From: a virus
Taxonomy: Duplodnaviria; Caudoviricetes
Length of the DNA stretch: 36,684 nt
Virus record (IMG/VR): IMGVR_UViG_3300037424_000400
Coordinates: 1 to 36,684 of that record
Direction: 5' to 3' (one strand)
Shown: piece after piece, positions 1 to 8,563 of the stretch
Numbering within the stretch: position 1 is the stretch's first letter
Layout of the letters: each line of letters begins with the position of its first letter
The notes under the pieces: generated by a model
Databases searched by the model: none
What the model was told of the DNA's origin: nothing
Seen by the model: the letters and a program-made list of their open reading frames with translations, nothing else
Translations under genes and position numbers: made by a program

Positions 1-49
1 CATGCATCGCTGGTTTTCGTTCGGGCCGGCGTGATAAAATCACCGAATT

Positions 50-126
<77 letters not shown>

Positions 127-174
127 GAATTCAAAGACTTAGGAACAGCGCCCGCCCAGGCGCTTAGGGAGTCC

Positions 175-396
175 CTAAGTTTTGTCGGCCGCGCGGAGTA
201 GTTCGGTCCAGCCTTTACCTATATTTTTGTACCCCGCTGCAGTCAACGCCATGCTGTAGCCGGCACGATTCACGGTGTCGCTTAGGCGTTGTATTCCGGC
301 CAGCAGTTCCTCATCGTTCACATGATCAAGTGGGTAACCCAAGGCTTCGGATGACGCCCTGAAACGCTTGATTGCGTCCTTCATCCCATCGGTCAT
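175..396 (-). CDS. Hypothetical protein
   Basis: 73-aa ORF whose start overlaps the integrase stop (ATGA). Confidence 0.55.
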   Translation of the reverse strand: MTDGMKDAIKRFRASSEALGYPLDHVNDEELLAGIQRLSDTVNRAGYSMALTAAGYKNIGKGWTELLRAADKT

Positions 397-1454
397 TTCT
401 TCCTCTCCGGCAACGCCAGCCGCGCATCGCTCAACCGGTCGCGGTACTGATCCAAATAGCCTTCCGTGGTGGTGACAGACGTATGCACGGCGCGCTTCTG
501 GATCTCGCGCATATCGACGCCCTGGCTCTCAAGCATTGACAGCGCATAGGGCCGCACGTGCCGCGTGGTGATGCCCTTGCAGCCTGCCGCGTCGACGGCG
601 TCGCGCCACACTTCATAGATGCCATTCTTCGTGTACTTGTCGCCGTCCCGCGCCTGGATGATGTACGGGTCGCGGCGCTTGGCGAGCTCTTCGATTTTGC
701 GCTTCGGCCGCAGCGATCGCGCACGCTCGAGGCACGCGCGGATCTCCGGCGTGATGAGCTGATCGACGACTTCGCCGGATGATTCCTCGGTTTTGCTGGG
801 GGCGAAGTGGATGCGGTCGGCACTGATCTGCGACTCGCGCAGCAGGCGGATCTCGGTCGGCCGCTGCTGGGTGAGATACATCAGCTCGAGGAAGCACTGC
901 CCCATGGGCGTGAGCGCGTCGAATAGTTTCCAGTAGCGTTCGGCATTCAACCGGCCGCGCTGCTTGACCGGCTTTTTGAGCTTGATCTCGCGGCAGGGGT
1001 TGACCTCGACGCCGGTCTTGGATTGGTTGAGCACGCACCAGCTGAAAAACGTCGATAGGCGCGCCTTGTACTTGCCCATGGTGTTCTGTTTGCCGATGAA
1101 ATTGTCGTTCAGGAATGTGATCACGTCGCCAGGCTCGACCTGCGCGGCGTCGAAATCGGCGAAGGCTTTGCTGATCACTTCGAACATGCGCTCGTATTCC
1201 TTGCGCACCTCGAACGTCAGCGTCTTGAAGTGGTCGGCCTGGAAATCCTTGATCAGCGCTTTCATGTTGCCGCTGTGGTCCGGCTGTTCGCAGAGCAGCG
1301 CGGCGCGGGCTTTGAGCATCGCGGCCTCGCCTTCGTCGACGCGGGTGAGCTTGTGCCATTTCTGCCTGGGCCGCCTGGTCCGCGGGCTGCGTTCAGCCAG
1401 GTCCTGGACGTAGTAATAGCGGCCGTCGCTTATGTAGACTCGTGTGATCTTCAC
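393..1454 (-). CDS. int: Tyrosine recombinase / phage integrase
   Basis: Catalytic-type motifs: QRPTEI (R), SKT (K), RHVR (HxxR-like), H in AVHTS, Y in TTEGY; adjacent to the tRNA. Confidence 0.93.
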   Translation of the reverse strand: MKITRVYISDGRYYYVQDLAERSPRTRRPRQKWHKLTRVDEGEAAMLKARAALLCEQPDHSGNMKALIKDFQADHFKTLTFEVRKEYERMFEVISKAFADFDAAQVEPGDVITFLNDNFIGKQNTMGKYKARLSTFFSWCVLNQSKTGVEVNPCREIKLKKPVKQRGRLNAERYWKLFDALTPMGQCFLELMYLTQQRPTEIRLLRESQISADRIHFAPSKTEESSGEVVDQLITPEIRACLERARSLRPKRKIEELAKRRDPYIIQARDGDKYTKNGIYEVWRDAVDAAGCKGITTRHVRPYALSMLESQGVDMREIQKRAVHTSVTTTEGYLDQYRDRLSDARLALPERKK

Positions 1455-1690
1455 TTTGTGACAGCGCGCAGCGCCGGTCGCTCCTGTGCACCTGGTTGAT
1501 TCGCCGCCGGCTGGACCGCGCCGGCACAGACCGCCTCGTAGTGGGCGCGCTCAAGTATAACGCGGTGGGCGCGCGACAGTCGAACGCGCCAGAATCCGCG
1601 CGCGCGCAGCTCCTCGATCTGGCGCTGCGGCTGGGTGAGGCCGCCGGCGATGGCTTCGATTTCGGCGTCGGTGAGGGTAATGTCGGTCAT
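1451..1690 (-). CDS. DUF4224-like protein (putative excisionase/recombination directionality factor)
   Basis: MTDITLTDAEIEAIAGGLTQPQRQIEELRARG pattern; coupled directly upstream of int; start placed at ATG 1690. Confidence 0.75.
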   Translation of the reverse strand: MTDITLTDAEIEAIAGGLTQPQRQIEELRARGFWRVRLSRAHRVILERAHYEAVCAGAVQPAANQPGAQERPALRAVTK

Positions 1691-1962
1691 AGTGGGGATT
1701 TCTTGACGGTTTCGCGCACGCGCACCGGCCGAAACTGCCATGTAGCGCAGCAATCGGTTCTGCTAGTGAATTTATCGTGTTCAAGCCGACACCATTCCCG
1801 CGCCTTCTCCCTGGTTGTAAATAGCAGCGCCCTGGTTGGCTCGCCGTCGTAATAGTTGCGCGGCGCGGTTGAGTCGTGATGCCACAGCGTACTGATCAGC
1901 GTCGGTGTTCCGCTGCGGCTGGTGAATTCGATTCCCCACAGGTCGCGCGACCAGTTCATCAC
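1687..1962 (-). CDS. Hypothetical phage protein
   Basis: ORF translationally coupled (ATGA) to the DUF4224 gene. Confidence 0.6.
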   Translation of the reverse strand: MMNWSRDLWGIEFTSRSGTPTLISTLWHHDSTAPRNYYDGEPTRALLFTTREKAREWCRLEHDKFTSRTDCCATWQFRPVRVRETVKKSPL

Positions 1963-1978
1963 GGCTGCTCGATCGCGC

Positions 1979-2170
1979 TCATGCGTCGAACCTCTCGGTG
2001 TCCGCCATCCTCGCCCTGGCCCGCAGCTCGCCCACCAGCTGCATGTCGTGCTCGTAATCGGCCTTGGCGGAGTGGTCCGGTGGCTCCAATAGAATCCACC
2101 GGCCGCGCAGGGTGTGCGTGCGCTTGAGGTCGCGCGCGCTGGCCTCGATGATCCGCGCGGCCTTGTACAT
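1979..2170 (-). CDS. Hypothetical protein (5' end possibly clipped by a deletion)
   Basis: MYKAARIIEASARDLKR..., good GC3 codon usage, TGATG overlap with the avd stop. Confidence 0.55.
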   Translation of the reverse strand: MYKAARIIEASARDLKRTHTLRGRWILLEPPDHSAKADYEHDMQLVGELRARARMADTERFDA

Positions 2171-2481
2171 CAGCGCGCGGTCGGGTTGGTGAGCTCGATG
2201 GCCTTGGCGTACTGGCCGGTCGAGATCAACCGTTTGTCGCGCGAGAGCCGGAGCAGCAGCTCGGCGACTTGCAGCCGCTCGATCAGCGTGCCCAGGTGCG
2301 GCGCTTTCTCGCGGGCGACATTGGCGCGGAAGATCAGCACGACGATGTCGACGCACTCGTCCCGGAGCTTGCCGCCGATCGATGCCTTGAAGTCGCGGGG
2401 CATGTTCTTGGCGAGATCCGTGATAATGTCGAGCAGGTCGTAGGCGACCTTGTAAATCGGCAGGTTGGTGTGCAGTGCCAT
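2170..2481 (-). pseudogene. avd: DGR accessory variability determinant (Avd / four-helix-bundle protein), apparently 3'-truncated
   Basis: LPIYKVAYDLL...MPRDFKASIGGKLRDEC...IFRAN...LLRLSRDKRLIS is typical Avd. It ends abruptly at ELTNPTAR, lacking the usual terminal IGKQxxGW helix. Lies directly downstream of DUF1566 genes. Confidence 0.8.
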
Positions 2482-2485
2482 GCTG

Positions 2486-2620
2486 AGAAAAAGGACTAAA
2501 GGACTAAATGATTAATCTGCGGACGGCGCGAGCGCGGAGCTTGATGTCGATGTGGCTGTCGCTCTGGTAGCCGTAGCTGAAACCCTGGTACCAGGCATAG
2601 TCCGGACCGGCTGCGGGCTG
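2486..2620 (-). repeat. DGR variable repeat VR1 with GC-rich 3' element and 8-bp direct repeats
   Basis: Near-identical to 2965-3122 and 8793-8950 except at codon positions 1-2. Confidence 0.85.
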
Positions 2621-2953
2621 CGTGGCGGTCCAGTAGGCTTCCTTGCGGAATTCGCCGGGCAGGTTGTGCAAGAGGATCAGCGCATCCACGCGGGAGGGCA
2701 ATACGCCGCCCTGATCTTTGGCCCAAGCGCCCGCGTCTTTCCAGTTGCCGTTGAATTCGCCCGGAAGCAGGATCAACTCGGCCGGGGCGTTGTCGTCGAT
2801 GGTGAGGCCGGCGTATAGGCCGCCTTGGTACGCCGCACCGAACAGCTGTAGTGCAGATGTGTGGACTGGTGTGGCAGCTGGTGCCGCGCCGTCGTTACCG
2901 GGGATTTCGATGATGATGCGCCCGTCCGGGCGCCGGTCGATTTGCAGTTGCAT
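2504..2953 (-). CDS. DUF1566/Lcl-C (CLec-fold) protein, DGR target 1
   Basis: W...WA...GGVLPSR...YWT...AWYQGF...RARAVRR motif set; 3' variable repeat. Confidence 0.88.
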   Translation of the reverse strand: MQLQIDRRPDGRIIIEIPGNDGAAPAATPVHTSALQLFGAAYQGGLYAGLTIDDNAPAELILLPGEFNGNWKDAGAWAKDQGGVLPSRVDALILLHNLPGEFRKEAYWTATQPAAGPDYAWYQGFSYGYQSDSHIDIKLRARAVRRLII

Positions 2954-2964
2954 AGCGTTCCTTT

Positions 2965-3122
2965 GGCGAAATGGTTGAATGGATGAAGGACTAAATGGCT
3001 ACTCTGCGGACGGCGCGCGCGCGGAGCTTGCCGTAGATGCTGGTGCCGTACTGGTAGCCGTAGCCGAAAATCTGGTACCAGGCATAGTCCGGACTGGCTG
3101 CGTGCTGCTCGCCAGACCAGTA
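2965..3122 (-). repeat. DGR variable repeat VR2 plus 3' flank
   Basis: Aligns without gaps to 8798-8950, including about 20 nt past the stop codon. Confidence 0.85.
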
Positions 3123-3392
3123 CCAGTCGGGCTTGAACTCCTCGGGCAGCGTCCGGCGCAGCGTTGCGAGCTCGACGCGGTCGGGGAGGTCGCCGCCGGA
3201 TTTCTTCGCCCAGGCGAGCTGCTTTTTCCAGGTGGCCGGGCCCATGTCGCCGGGCAGCAGGATGATGTGGTGCAGGCCGGCTTCGGTGGTGACGATCCCG
3301 GCCCAGCGCTCGCCGTCGTTCAGCGTCGGGGGCGTGATGGTGAGCGGGACGGTAAGGGTGAATCTGACGGCTTCGGCTTGCGGTGCGTTCAT
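2991..3392 (-). CDS. DUF1566/Lcl-C (CLec-fold) protein, DGR target 2
   Basis: LNDGERWAGI...HHIILLPG...GGDLPDRVE...WYWSGEQ...AWYQIF...RARAVRR. Confidence 0.9.
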   Translation of the reverse strand: MNAPQAEAVRFTLTVPLTITPPTLNDGERWAGIVTTEAGLHHIILLPGDMGPATWKKQLAWAKKSGGDLPDRVELATLRRTLPEEFKPDWYWSGEQHAASPDYAWYQIFGYGYQYGTSIYGKLRARAVRRVAI

Positions 3393-3421
3393 GTGGGGCT
3401 CCTGGTGATGGTGTAAGGTGG

Positions 3422-5086
3422 TTACTTCTTTGCGGTCTTTTTCTTCGCCGCCAGCTTTTCCTTGGCGGCAGCCGTGAGCTCGGCCCGGATCCCGGCCGCG
3501 TCGACGCCGAGGCGCTTGGCGGTGGCGAGCAGGTCATTGGTGTCTCCGCCGCAGTAGCTCGCGGCGTAGCAGGCGCCGATCAGCGCCATGTCGATGAACA
3601 GCGCGCCCAGGTCGGCATCGGTGAGCGCGGGGATTTTCTTTTCGAAGTCGTGGACGTAGTCGTGCCCCTTGGGCTTTTCGATGCCGTCGGCCGCGTTCCA
3701 GGCATCGACCAGGCGCTTGCGATCGTCGAAGCCGAGCCTGCTGAAAAACGCGGTCGCGACCAGGACGGTGTCGTCGCGATTGAACTGGCGCGCGCGACTC
3801 ATGCCCCGGATCTCGGCCAGGATCTGCGTGTTGATCGCGGTCTCCAGGCGGTTCTTGCGCTCCTGTTCCTTGTTGTTGCTGCTGAAACTGGTGCGCGCAT
3901 CGGGCTTGACGCCGTTCGCTTTGAGCGCAGCCGTCACGTCCACGCGCTTGGCGATTTCGAAGAGCTTGCCGGTGTGCGGGCATTCGAGCAGCGCCGTGGC
4001 GCAGGGCTGCTTGCCGATGGCCTTGCGGTAGCTCTGATATTTGCCGCCGATGTAGGCGTCTTCGGCGAGGTCGACATAGCCCTCGTTGAGCGTGCAGCTG
4101 TACTGGTTCGGCTTGATCTTTTTCGCCGGCGCGCCGCTGATGATCGTCTCGCCCTTGGCCTCGAGCTCGGCGCGCTTGCGCGCCCGGGCGGCCTCTTCCT
4201 TGCGCTTGAGGCAGGGTGGGTCGGTGCAGACGTTTGGATTCTTGATTTCGGTGAAGAGGTCCTTCTGGTTGCCGGTGCGGTTGGGGCAGGCGGTGCACGC
4301 GAGGAAGGTGGTGCAGCCGTCGCGCAGCGTGGCGTCGTTGAGCGCGAAGCCGGCGCCTTTCAGGTCGGCCATGTAGGCCTCCTGGACGTGCTCCTGCACC
4401 TGGCGGAAGGTCAGCGGGCCGTCCTGGTCCCAGTAGAGCTTGCCCTTGCCGGAGAGTTCTTTGAGCAGCTCGCGCTGCGTCTCCGGTCGCGGCAGCCGCG
4501 CAATCAGCAGCGCGACCGAGGCCTCGAATTCGCCGGCATAGAAGGCCTTGCGCGCCTCGGGGCACAGTTCGAGCAGTTTCAGCCGGGCGAACACCTGGCT
4601 GCGGCTTTTGCCGAGCTGCTCCGCGATCTGCTCGACGCTGAGCTTTTTGAGCTTGCGCAGGGCGTCGTAGCCTTCGGCCTCTTCCATTTCGTGCAGGTCG
4701 ACGCGCTGGAGGTTTTCGATCAGCTGCAGCTCGAGCGCCTGCTCGTTGGTGTAGGCGCGGACCATGGCCGGGATCTCGGCGAGGCCGGCCATGCGCGCGG
4801 CCATCCAGCGGCGCTCGCCGGCGACGAGCTCGAAGCCGGCCTTGCCCATCGGGCGCAGCAGCACCGGCTCGGCGACGCCGACCTGGCGGATGCTGGCGGC
4901 GAGCTGCTCCAGGCTCTCTGCGGTGAAGCGCGCGCGGCGCAGGCGCTGGATGTCGCTCGTAGACGGCTCGATATCGGCGAGCGGGACGATGGCATAGGTG
5001 GCGGCGGCGTGCGCGGTCGCGCGGTCCGCGATCTTCGTGGCCGCTGTGCTGACGGCGATTGACATGGCGGTGGCGGGTGCGTTCAT
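3422..5086 (-). CDS. ParB/RepB/Spo0J-family protein (long, PRTRC-ParB-like)
   Basis: LAASIRQVGVAEPVLLRP, FELVAGERRWMAA (GxxR box), IENLQRVDL, HTH, CxxC...C..xxC segment. Confidence 0.9.
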   Translation of the reverse strand: MNAPATAMSIAVSTAATKIADRATAHAAATYAIVPLADIEPSTSDIQRLRRARFTAESLEQLAASIRQVGVAEPVLLRPMGKAGFELVAGERRWMAARMAGLAEIPAMVRAYTNEQALELQLIENLQRVDLHEMEEAEGYDALRKLKKLSVEQIAEQLGKSRSQVFARLKLLELCPEARKAFYAGEFEASVALLIARLPRPETQRELLKELSGKGKLYWDQDGPLTFRQVQEHVQEAYMADLKGAGFALNDATLRDGCTTFLACTACPNRTGNQKDLFTEIKNPNVCTDPPCLKRKEEAARARKRAELEAKGETIISGAPAKKIKPNQYSCTLNEGYVDLAEDAYIGGKYQSYRKAIGKQPCATALLECPHTGKLFEIAKRVDVTAALKANGVKPDARTSFSSNNKEQERKNRLETAINTQILAEIRGMSRARQFNRDDTVLVATAFFSRLGFDDRKRLVDAWNAADGIEKPKGHDYVHDFEKKIPALTDADLGALFIDMALIGACYAASYCGGDTNDLLATAKRLGVDAAGIRAELTAAAKEKLAAKKKTAKK

Positions 5087-5101
5087 GGGGCTCCTTTTGC
5101 G

Positions 5102-6184
5102 TTATAGGTTGGCGGGCATGATGACGGCCTCGCGATCGCCGGCGCCGGCGTCGGTGAGGTAGAGGCTGTCGGTGTTGTATTTGCCCAGGTGCAGATTGAC
5201 GCGCTCGTCGGCGAAGGCCTCCAGCGCGTCGACCAGGTAGTGCCATTGCGCGCCGAGCGAGAGGCTTTTGAACTTGCCGTCCGCGGCGCTCCAGTCGAAG
5301 CGCTCCGACGCGCACTCGCCGCCGGCGTTCGTCGCGCTCAGGGTGATGGCCTGGGCGTCGAAGTCCAGGCGGATGCCCTGGAATTTGTCGGCGTCGAAGA
5401 TTTGTGCGACGCGCTTCACCGCGGCGGCGAAGGCGATGCGCGCGACGCTGCCCGTCGCGGCGCGCGCGCTCGGGGTGACCTTGTCCGCGTCGGGAAACTG
5501 TCCGTCGATCAGCTTGGTCGAGAGCGTTTCGCCGCCGGCGTTGACGATCGCGAGCGAGGTGGCCAGGGTGAGCTCGATCTCTTCGTGGTCGCCGGCGATA
5601 TCGAGGATGCGCGCGATGCTGGCGGCCGGAAAAATCGCCGCGTGTGCGCCGTCGGCGCCGTCGAGCGCAACCCGCGCGCGGTGCAGGCGGTGCCCGTCGG
5701 TCGCGACGAGCGCGATGCGGCCGTGCTCGATCGCCATGTGCATGCCGTTGAGGTAGTAGCGCACGTCCTTGACGGCCATCGCCGGCAGGCAAAAGCGCAG
5801 CGCCTTGATGAACGGCGCGGCGGGCACGGTGAGGCTGTACGCGTCCTCCGGCGGGATATCGAGCCGCGGGAATTCCTCGGGCCCGAGCGCGTTGAGTTCG
5901 TAGCGCGTCGGCCCGGCTGCCAGGAACACGCGCGTGCCCTGCACCTTGAACTCGAGCTCGGCCTCTTCGGGCAGCGCCTTGAGGATGCGCGTGAGGCGCG
6001 CCGCGTGCACGCAGAATATCGCCCCGTCCAGGCCGTCGGGCAGCGTGACCGGGATCTCGATCTGCTGCTCGACATCGCAGGCGACGATGTGATTGCCGCC
6101 GATGCGCACATGCTGCAGGATGGGCAGGGCGCTGTTTCGGCTGGCCACATGCGCGGCGAGCGCGACGGCTTGTCGGATTTTCAT
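5102..6184 (-). CDS. dnaN: DNA polymerase III beta subunit (sliding clamp) homolog, phage-encoded
   Basis: 360 aa; LPILQHV, EEFP, DVRYYLNGM, VATDGHRL, KLIDGQFPD, C-terminal VIMP. Confidence 0.93.
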   Translation of the reverse strand: MKIRQAVALAAHVASRNSALPILQHVRIGGNHIVACDVEQQIEIPVTLPDGLDGAIFCVHAARLTRILKALPEEAELEFKVQGTRVFLAAGPTRYELNALGPEEFPRLDIPPEDAYSLTVPAAPFIKALRFCLPAMAVKDVRYYLNGMHMAIEHGRIALVATDGHRLHRARVALDGADGAHAAIFPAASIARILDIAGDHEEIELTLATSLAIVNAGGETLSTKLIDGQFPDADKVTPSARAATGSVARIAFAAAVKRVAQIFDADKFQGIRLDFDAQAITLSATNAGGECASERFDWSAADGKFKSLSLGAQWHYLVDALEAFADERVNLHLGKYNTDSLYLTDAGAGDREAVIMPANL

Positions 6185-6648
6185 GCGGCCTCGAAATTCG
6201 AAAACATCAGATCGGCGATGTGCTGCGTTTGCGCCGGCGAAAAGATCAGCGGCTCGTCGCCGCCGACCAGGACCATGCGCCGGTCGTCTGTCATGGCAGC
6301 GAGAAAGTCGGTGACGTTCGAGGCGCCGGGCGTCGCGGCCTTGCCGTTCGTGCTGCGCGGGGTGCGCTCGGGCGCGGCCGTTGCGCGCTTTTTGTAGTGC
6401 CGCTTTTTGCCGGTCTTGGGCGGCTTGCTGGCTTTTTCGTGCTCCGGCTTATCGGCGGCGCCGGCCTCCGAGAGGGTCCATTTGCGGTCGCCGGTAGAGC
6501 CGCTCGCGGTGAGCTTGCCGTCGTCGACGAGCTGCTTGAGGTAGTAGCCGGCCATGCCAGGATCGACGCCGCTCGCGCGCGCGATGTCGCCTTTGTTGAG
6601 TGAAACGCTGGGTTTGAATACGTTGAGAATCTGATCGCGCTTTGACAT
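6181..6648 (-). CDS. Winged-helix DNA-binding-like protein
   Basis: N-terminal DIARASGV...YYLKQLVDDGKL...G wHTH pattern and a basic linker. Confidence 0.6.
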   Translation of the reverse strand: MSKRDQILNVFKPSVSLNKGDIARASGVDPGMAGYYLKQLVDDGKLTASGSTGDRKWTLSEAGAADKPEHEKASKPPKTGKKRHYKKRATAAPERTPRSTNGKAATPGASNVTDFLAAMTDDRRMVLVGGDEPLIFSPAQTQHIADLMFSNFEAA

Positions 6649-6667
6649 TGCTGTGCCTCCTGGGTGG

Positions 6668-6928
6668 TTAATCGCGGGTGTCGCGGCCTTTCACGAGCCG
6701 AGGCCTGCCTGGTGCGGGTTCGGCCGGCGCCGGCAACGGGATAAAGCCAGAGCCGTTGGATCCGGTGATCTTCATGAAATCGTTCTCGACCTTGGCCGAG
6801 TTGACGATCACCTGCGCGACGCCGGCGATGGTCCTGGCGCGCTCGATCTCCATCGGCTTGTCTTTGTCCTTGAGCGCTTCGAGCGTCTCAAACAGATGGT
6901 TGCGCAGATCCTCAACTTTGTTTTTCAT
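6668..6928 (-). CDS. Conserved phage hypothetical protein (commonly next to HNH genes)
   Basis: MKNKVEDLRNHLFETLEAL...IERARTIAGVAQVIVNSAKVE pattern. Confidence 0.8.
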   Translation of the reverse strand: MKNKVEDLRNHLFETLEALKDKDKPMEIERARTIAGVAQVIVNSAKVENDFMKITGSNGSGFIPLPAPAEPAPGRPRLVKGRDTRD

Positions 6929-7601
6929 TCCGCTGTCTCCTGTTGATCGCTCGTTTAAGGGCGTCGAGCAGCTGCACCGACTGTTTCAGCTCGGGCGGCA
7001 GGTTGTGCACCGAATTGCGCCGCATGTTGTCGGCGCGGCTGATGAGCTCGAGGTTGGCGAGCTCGACGTTGAGCTGGTCGCCGTCCTTGAAGCGCAGGCA
7101 GTAGCCCTTCGGGATCGGCCCGTGCGCGTCTTCCCACAGGACCAGGTGAAGCATCCGCCAGCCGAGCGCGCCGGGCGCGAAGCTCACGCGCATGTCGATG
7201 TAGCCGTCCGTGTTGATGCGCAGCGCGCCGAGCACGTAGAAGTCGGGATCACGGTTGACGGGAAAGCCGCCCTTTTTGAATTGCGTCTCTGCCATGCGCC
7301 CGGGCGCCCAGCCGGGCCGGCGCAGGCCTTTGTTCGCGGGAACGTGCCCCTTTTGAAACCGGCATGCGGCGCCGATGTTGTCGCCCCGGCGCAACCGGCA
7401 CGCCGCCGGGCTGGCGAGGTACGCCGCGCTTTTGACGATGCCGAGTTTTCGCGCGGTGGCGTAGACCGATGTGACGGAGCGGTTCAACTTCCGCGCGAGC
7501 TGCTTGGTCGGCGCGTCTGGATACAGCGCGCAAAGCTGCACCAGGTCGGCGTCGGACCAGCGCCGGCGCGGGGATGCGTCTTTGCCGCGGCGCCCGCTCA
7601 C
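6912..7601 (-). CDS. HNH endonuclease (HNH_3-like)
   Basis: FQKGHVPANKG, HLVLWEDAHGPIPKG...FKDGD..N....NLELISRADNMRRN; GTG start overlaps upstream stop. Confidence 0.85.
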   Translation of the reverse strand: MSGRRGKDASPRRRWSDADLVQLCALYPDAPTKQLARKLNRSVTSVYATARKLGIVKSAAYLASPAACRLRRGDNIGAACRFQKGHVPANKGLRRPGWAPGRMAETQFKKGGFPVNRDPDFYVLGALRINTDGYIDMRVSFAPGALGWRMLHLVLWEDAHGPIPKGYCLRFKDGDQLNVELANLELISRADNMRRNSVHNLPPELKQSVQLLDALKRAINRRQRNEKQS

Positions 7602-7852
7602 CGCCGTTTCCCGATCCACCGCCGGTGCGCCCACATGCTCGCGACGATCCCCAGGGGCCCGCCGCTCAGGTAGGCCGCGATCTGCGCGAGGTTCGCATCC
7701 GGCACCAGCTTGTAGAGCGCGAGCTGCGAGGCGCCGATGACGAAGCTGGTGAGGAAGGCGGCGACGTAGTGCCCGCCGTTGACGTTGAGCGATTGCAGTC
7801 CGAGCGCGAACACGACGACGAAGGTGGAGCCGAAGAGCGCCAGCTCGATCAT
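7598..7852 (-). CDS. Small multi-pass membrane protein
   Basis: 84 aa with about three hydrophobic segments; ATGA coupling. Confidence 0.7.
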   Translation of the reverse strand: MIELALFGSTFVVVFALGLQSLNVNGGHYVAAFLTSFVIGASQLALYKLVPDANLAQIAAYLSGGPLGIVASMWAHRRWIGKRR

Positions 7853-8085
7853 GCGTCGCCCTTGTGCGGGGTGATGCCGCGCTCGCGCAGCCGGCGCTGG
7901 CGCGCCAGGCCGGCGTTCTGGATGCCCATGCGCAGGTATTTGTCCTGCATCGCCTGCTCGAACGTCATGTGCGGCCGCGTCGGCGCAAAGATGGTTTGCC
8001 ACACCGCGCGCAGCGCCGGATCGGCCTCGGGCGCGATCGCGTCGGGGAGGTCGAGCGGGAGGTCCATGGAAGCAGTGGCGTTCAT
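7849..8085 (-). CDS. Hypothetical protein
   Basis: Coupled ORF in the early operon. Confidence 0.6.
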   Translation of the reverse strand: MNATASMDLPLDLPDAIAPEADPALRAVWQTIFAPTRPHMTFEQAMQDKYLRMGIQNAGLARQRRLRERGITPHKGDA

Positions 8086-8315
8086 GCCATCACCGCTTCG
8101 TCAAGCGCGCCGCTGAGTTCGTCCATGGCGCTGAGTGCTTGTTCGAGGGCATTGATACCCTCCTGCATCTTGTCTCCTTTGTCGCCGGCCTGGAGGCCTT
8201 CTGGCATGTTGTCGTACTTTTCCTGCTCTTCGTCGTGCAGCTCATCGATCTGCTCTCGCAGCGTGTCGAGTTGATTGCAGATTGCGGTGATGCGATTGCG
8301 CTGGAATTTGTTCAT
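8082..8315 (-). CDS. Conserved phage hypothetical acidic helical protein
   Basis: MNKFQRNRI...DEEQEKYDNMPEGLQAGDKGDKMQE; ATGA overlaps on both sides. Confidence 0.75.
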   Translation of the reverse strand: MNKFQRNRITAICNQLDTLREQIDELHDEEQEKYDNMPEGLQAGDKGDKMQEGINALEQALSAMDELSGALDEAVMA

Positions 8316-8563
8316 GCCGCGCACTCCTCGCCATTGACGTGGCGGTGGATCGGCAGCTGGCAGATCCCGCAGGCGTTGACCTCGACCTCGTACGCGGTCG
8401 GCACCCGCTCGCAGCGGCAGGCATCGATCGGATCGCCGCACGCGTCCGCGGTGTAGACCGCGCCGCCGTGGTCCTTCGCATAGGCGCCGGCCAGGCGCGC
8501 GCTGTCGGTGATCGCGCCGGTGATGCTGCCATCGGGCCAGCGCACGCCGTAGCGGGCGCTCAT
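8312..8563 (-). CDS. Hypothetical Cys-rich protein
   Basis: Coupled ORF with CxC and CxxC motifs. Confidence 0.55.
   Translation of the reverse strand: MSARYGVRWPDGSITGAITDSARLAGAYAKDHGGAVYTADACGDPIDACRCERVPTAYEVEVNACGICQLPIHRHVNGEECAA

Noticed and set aside
3865-3890. AGCAGCAACAACAAG run (minus strand) as a possible DGR template repeat
   Set aside because: Lies inside parB (SSNNKE) and has no flanking similarity to the VRs
3383-5792. Long alternative-frame ORFs (3383-5062 +, 3534-5792 -; likewise 14149-16299, 18018-19820, 32247-34685)
   Set aside because: Shadow ORFs of high-GC genes; Arg/Ala-rich, no motifs, overlapping well-supported CDSs
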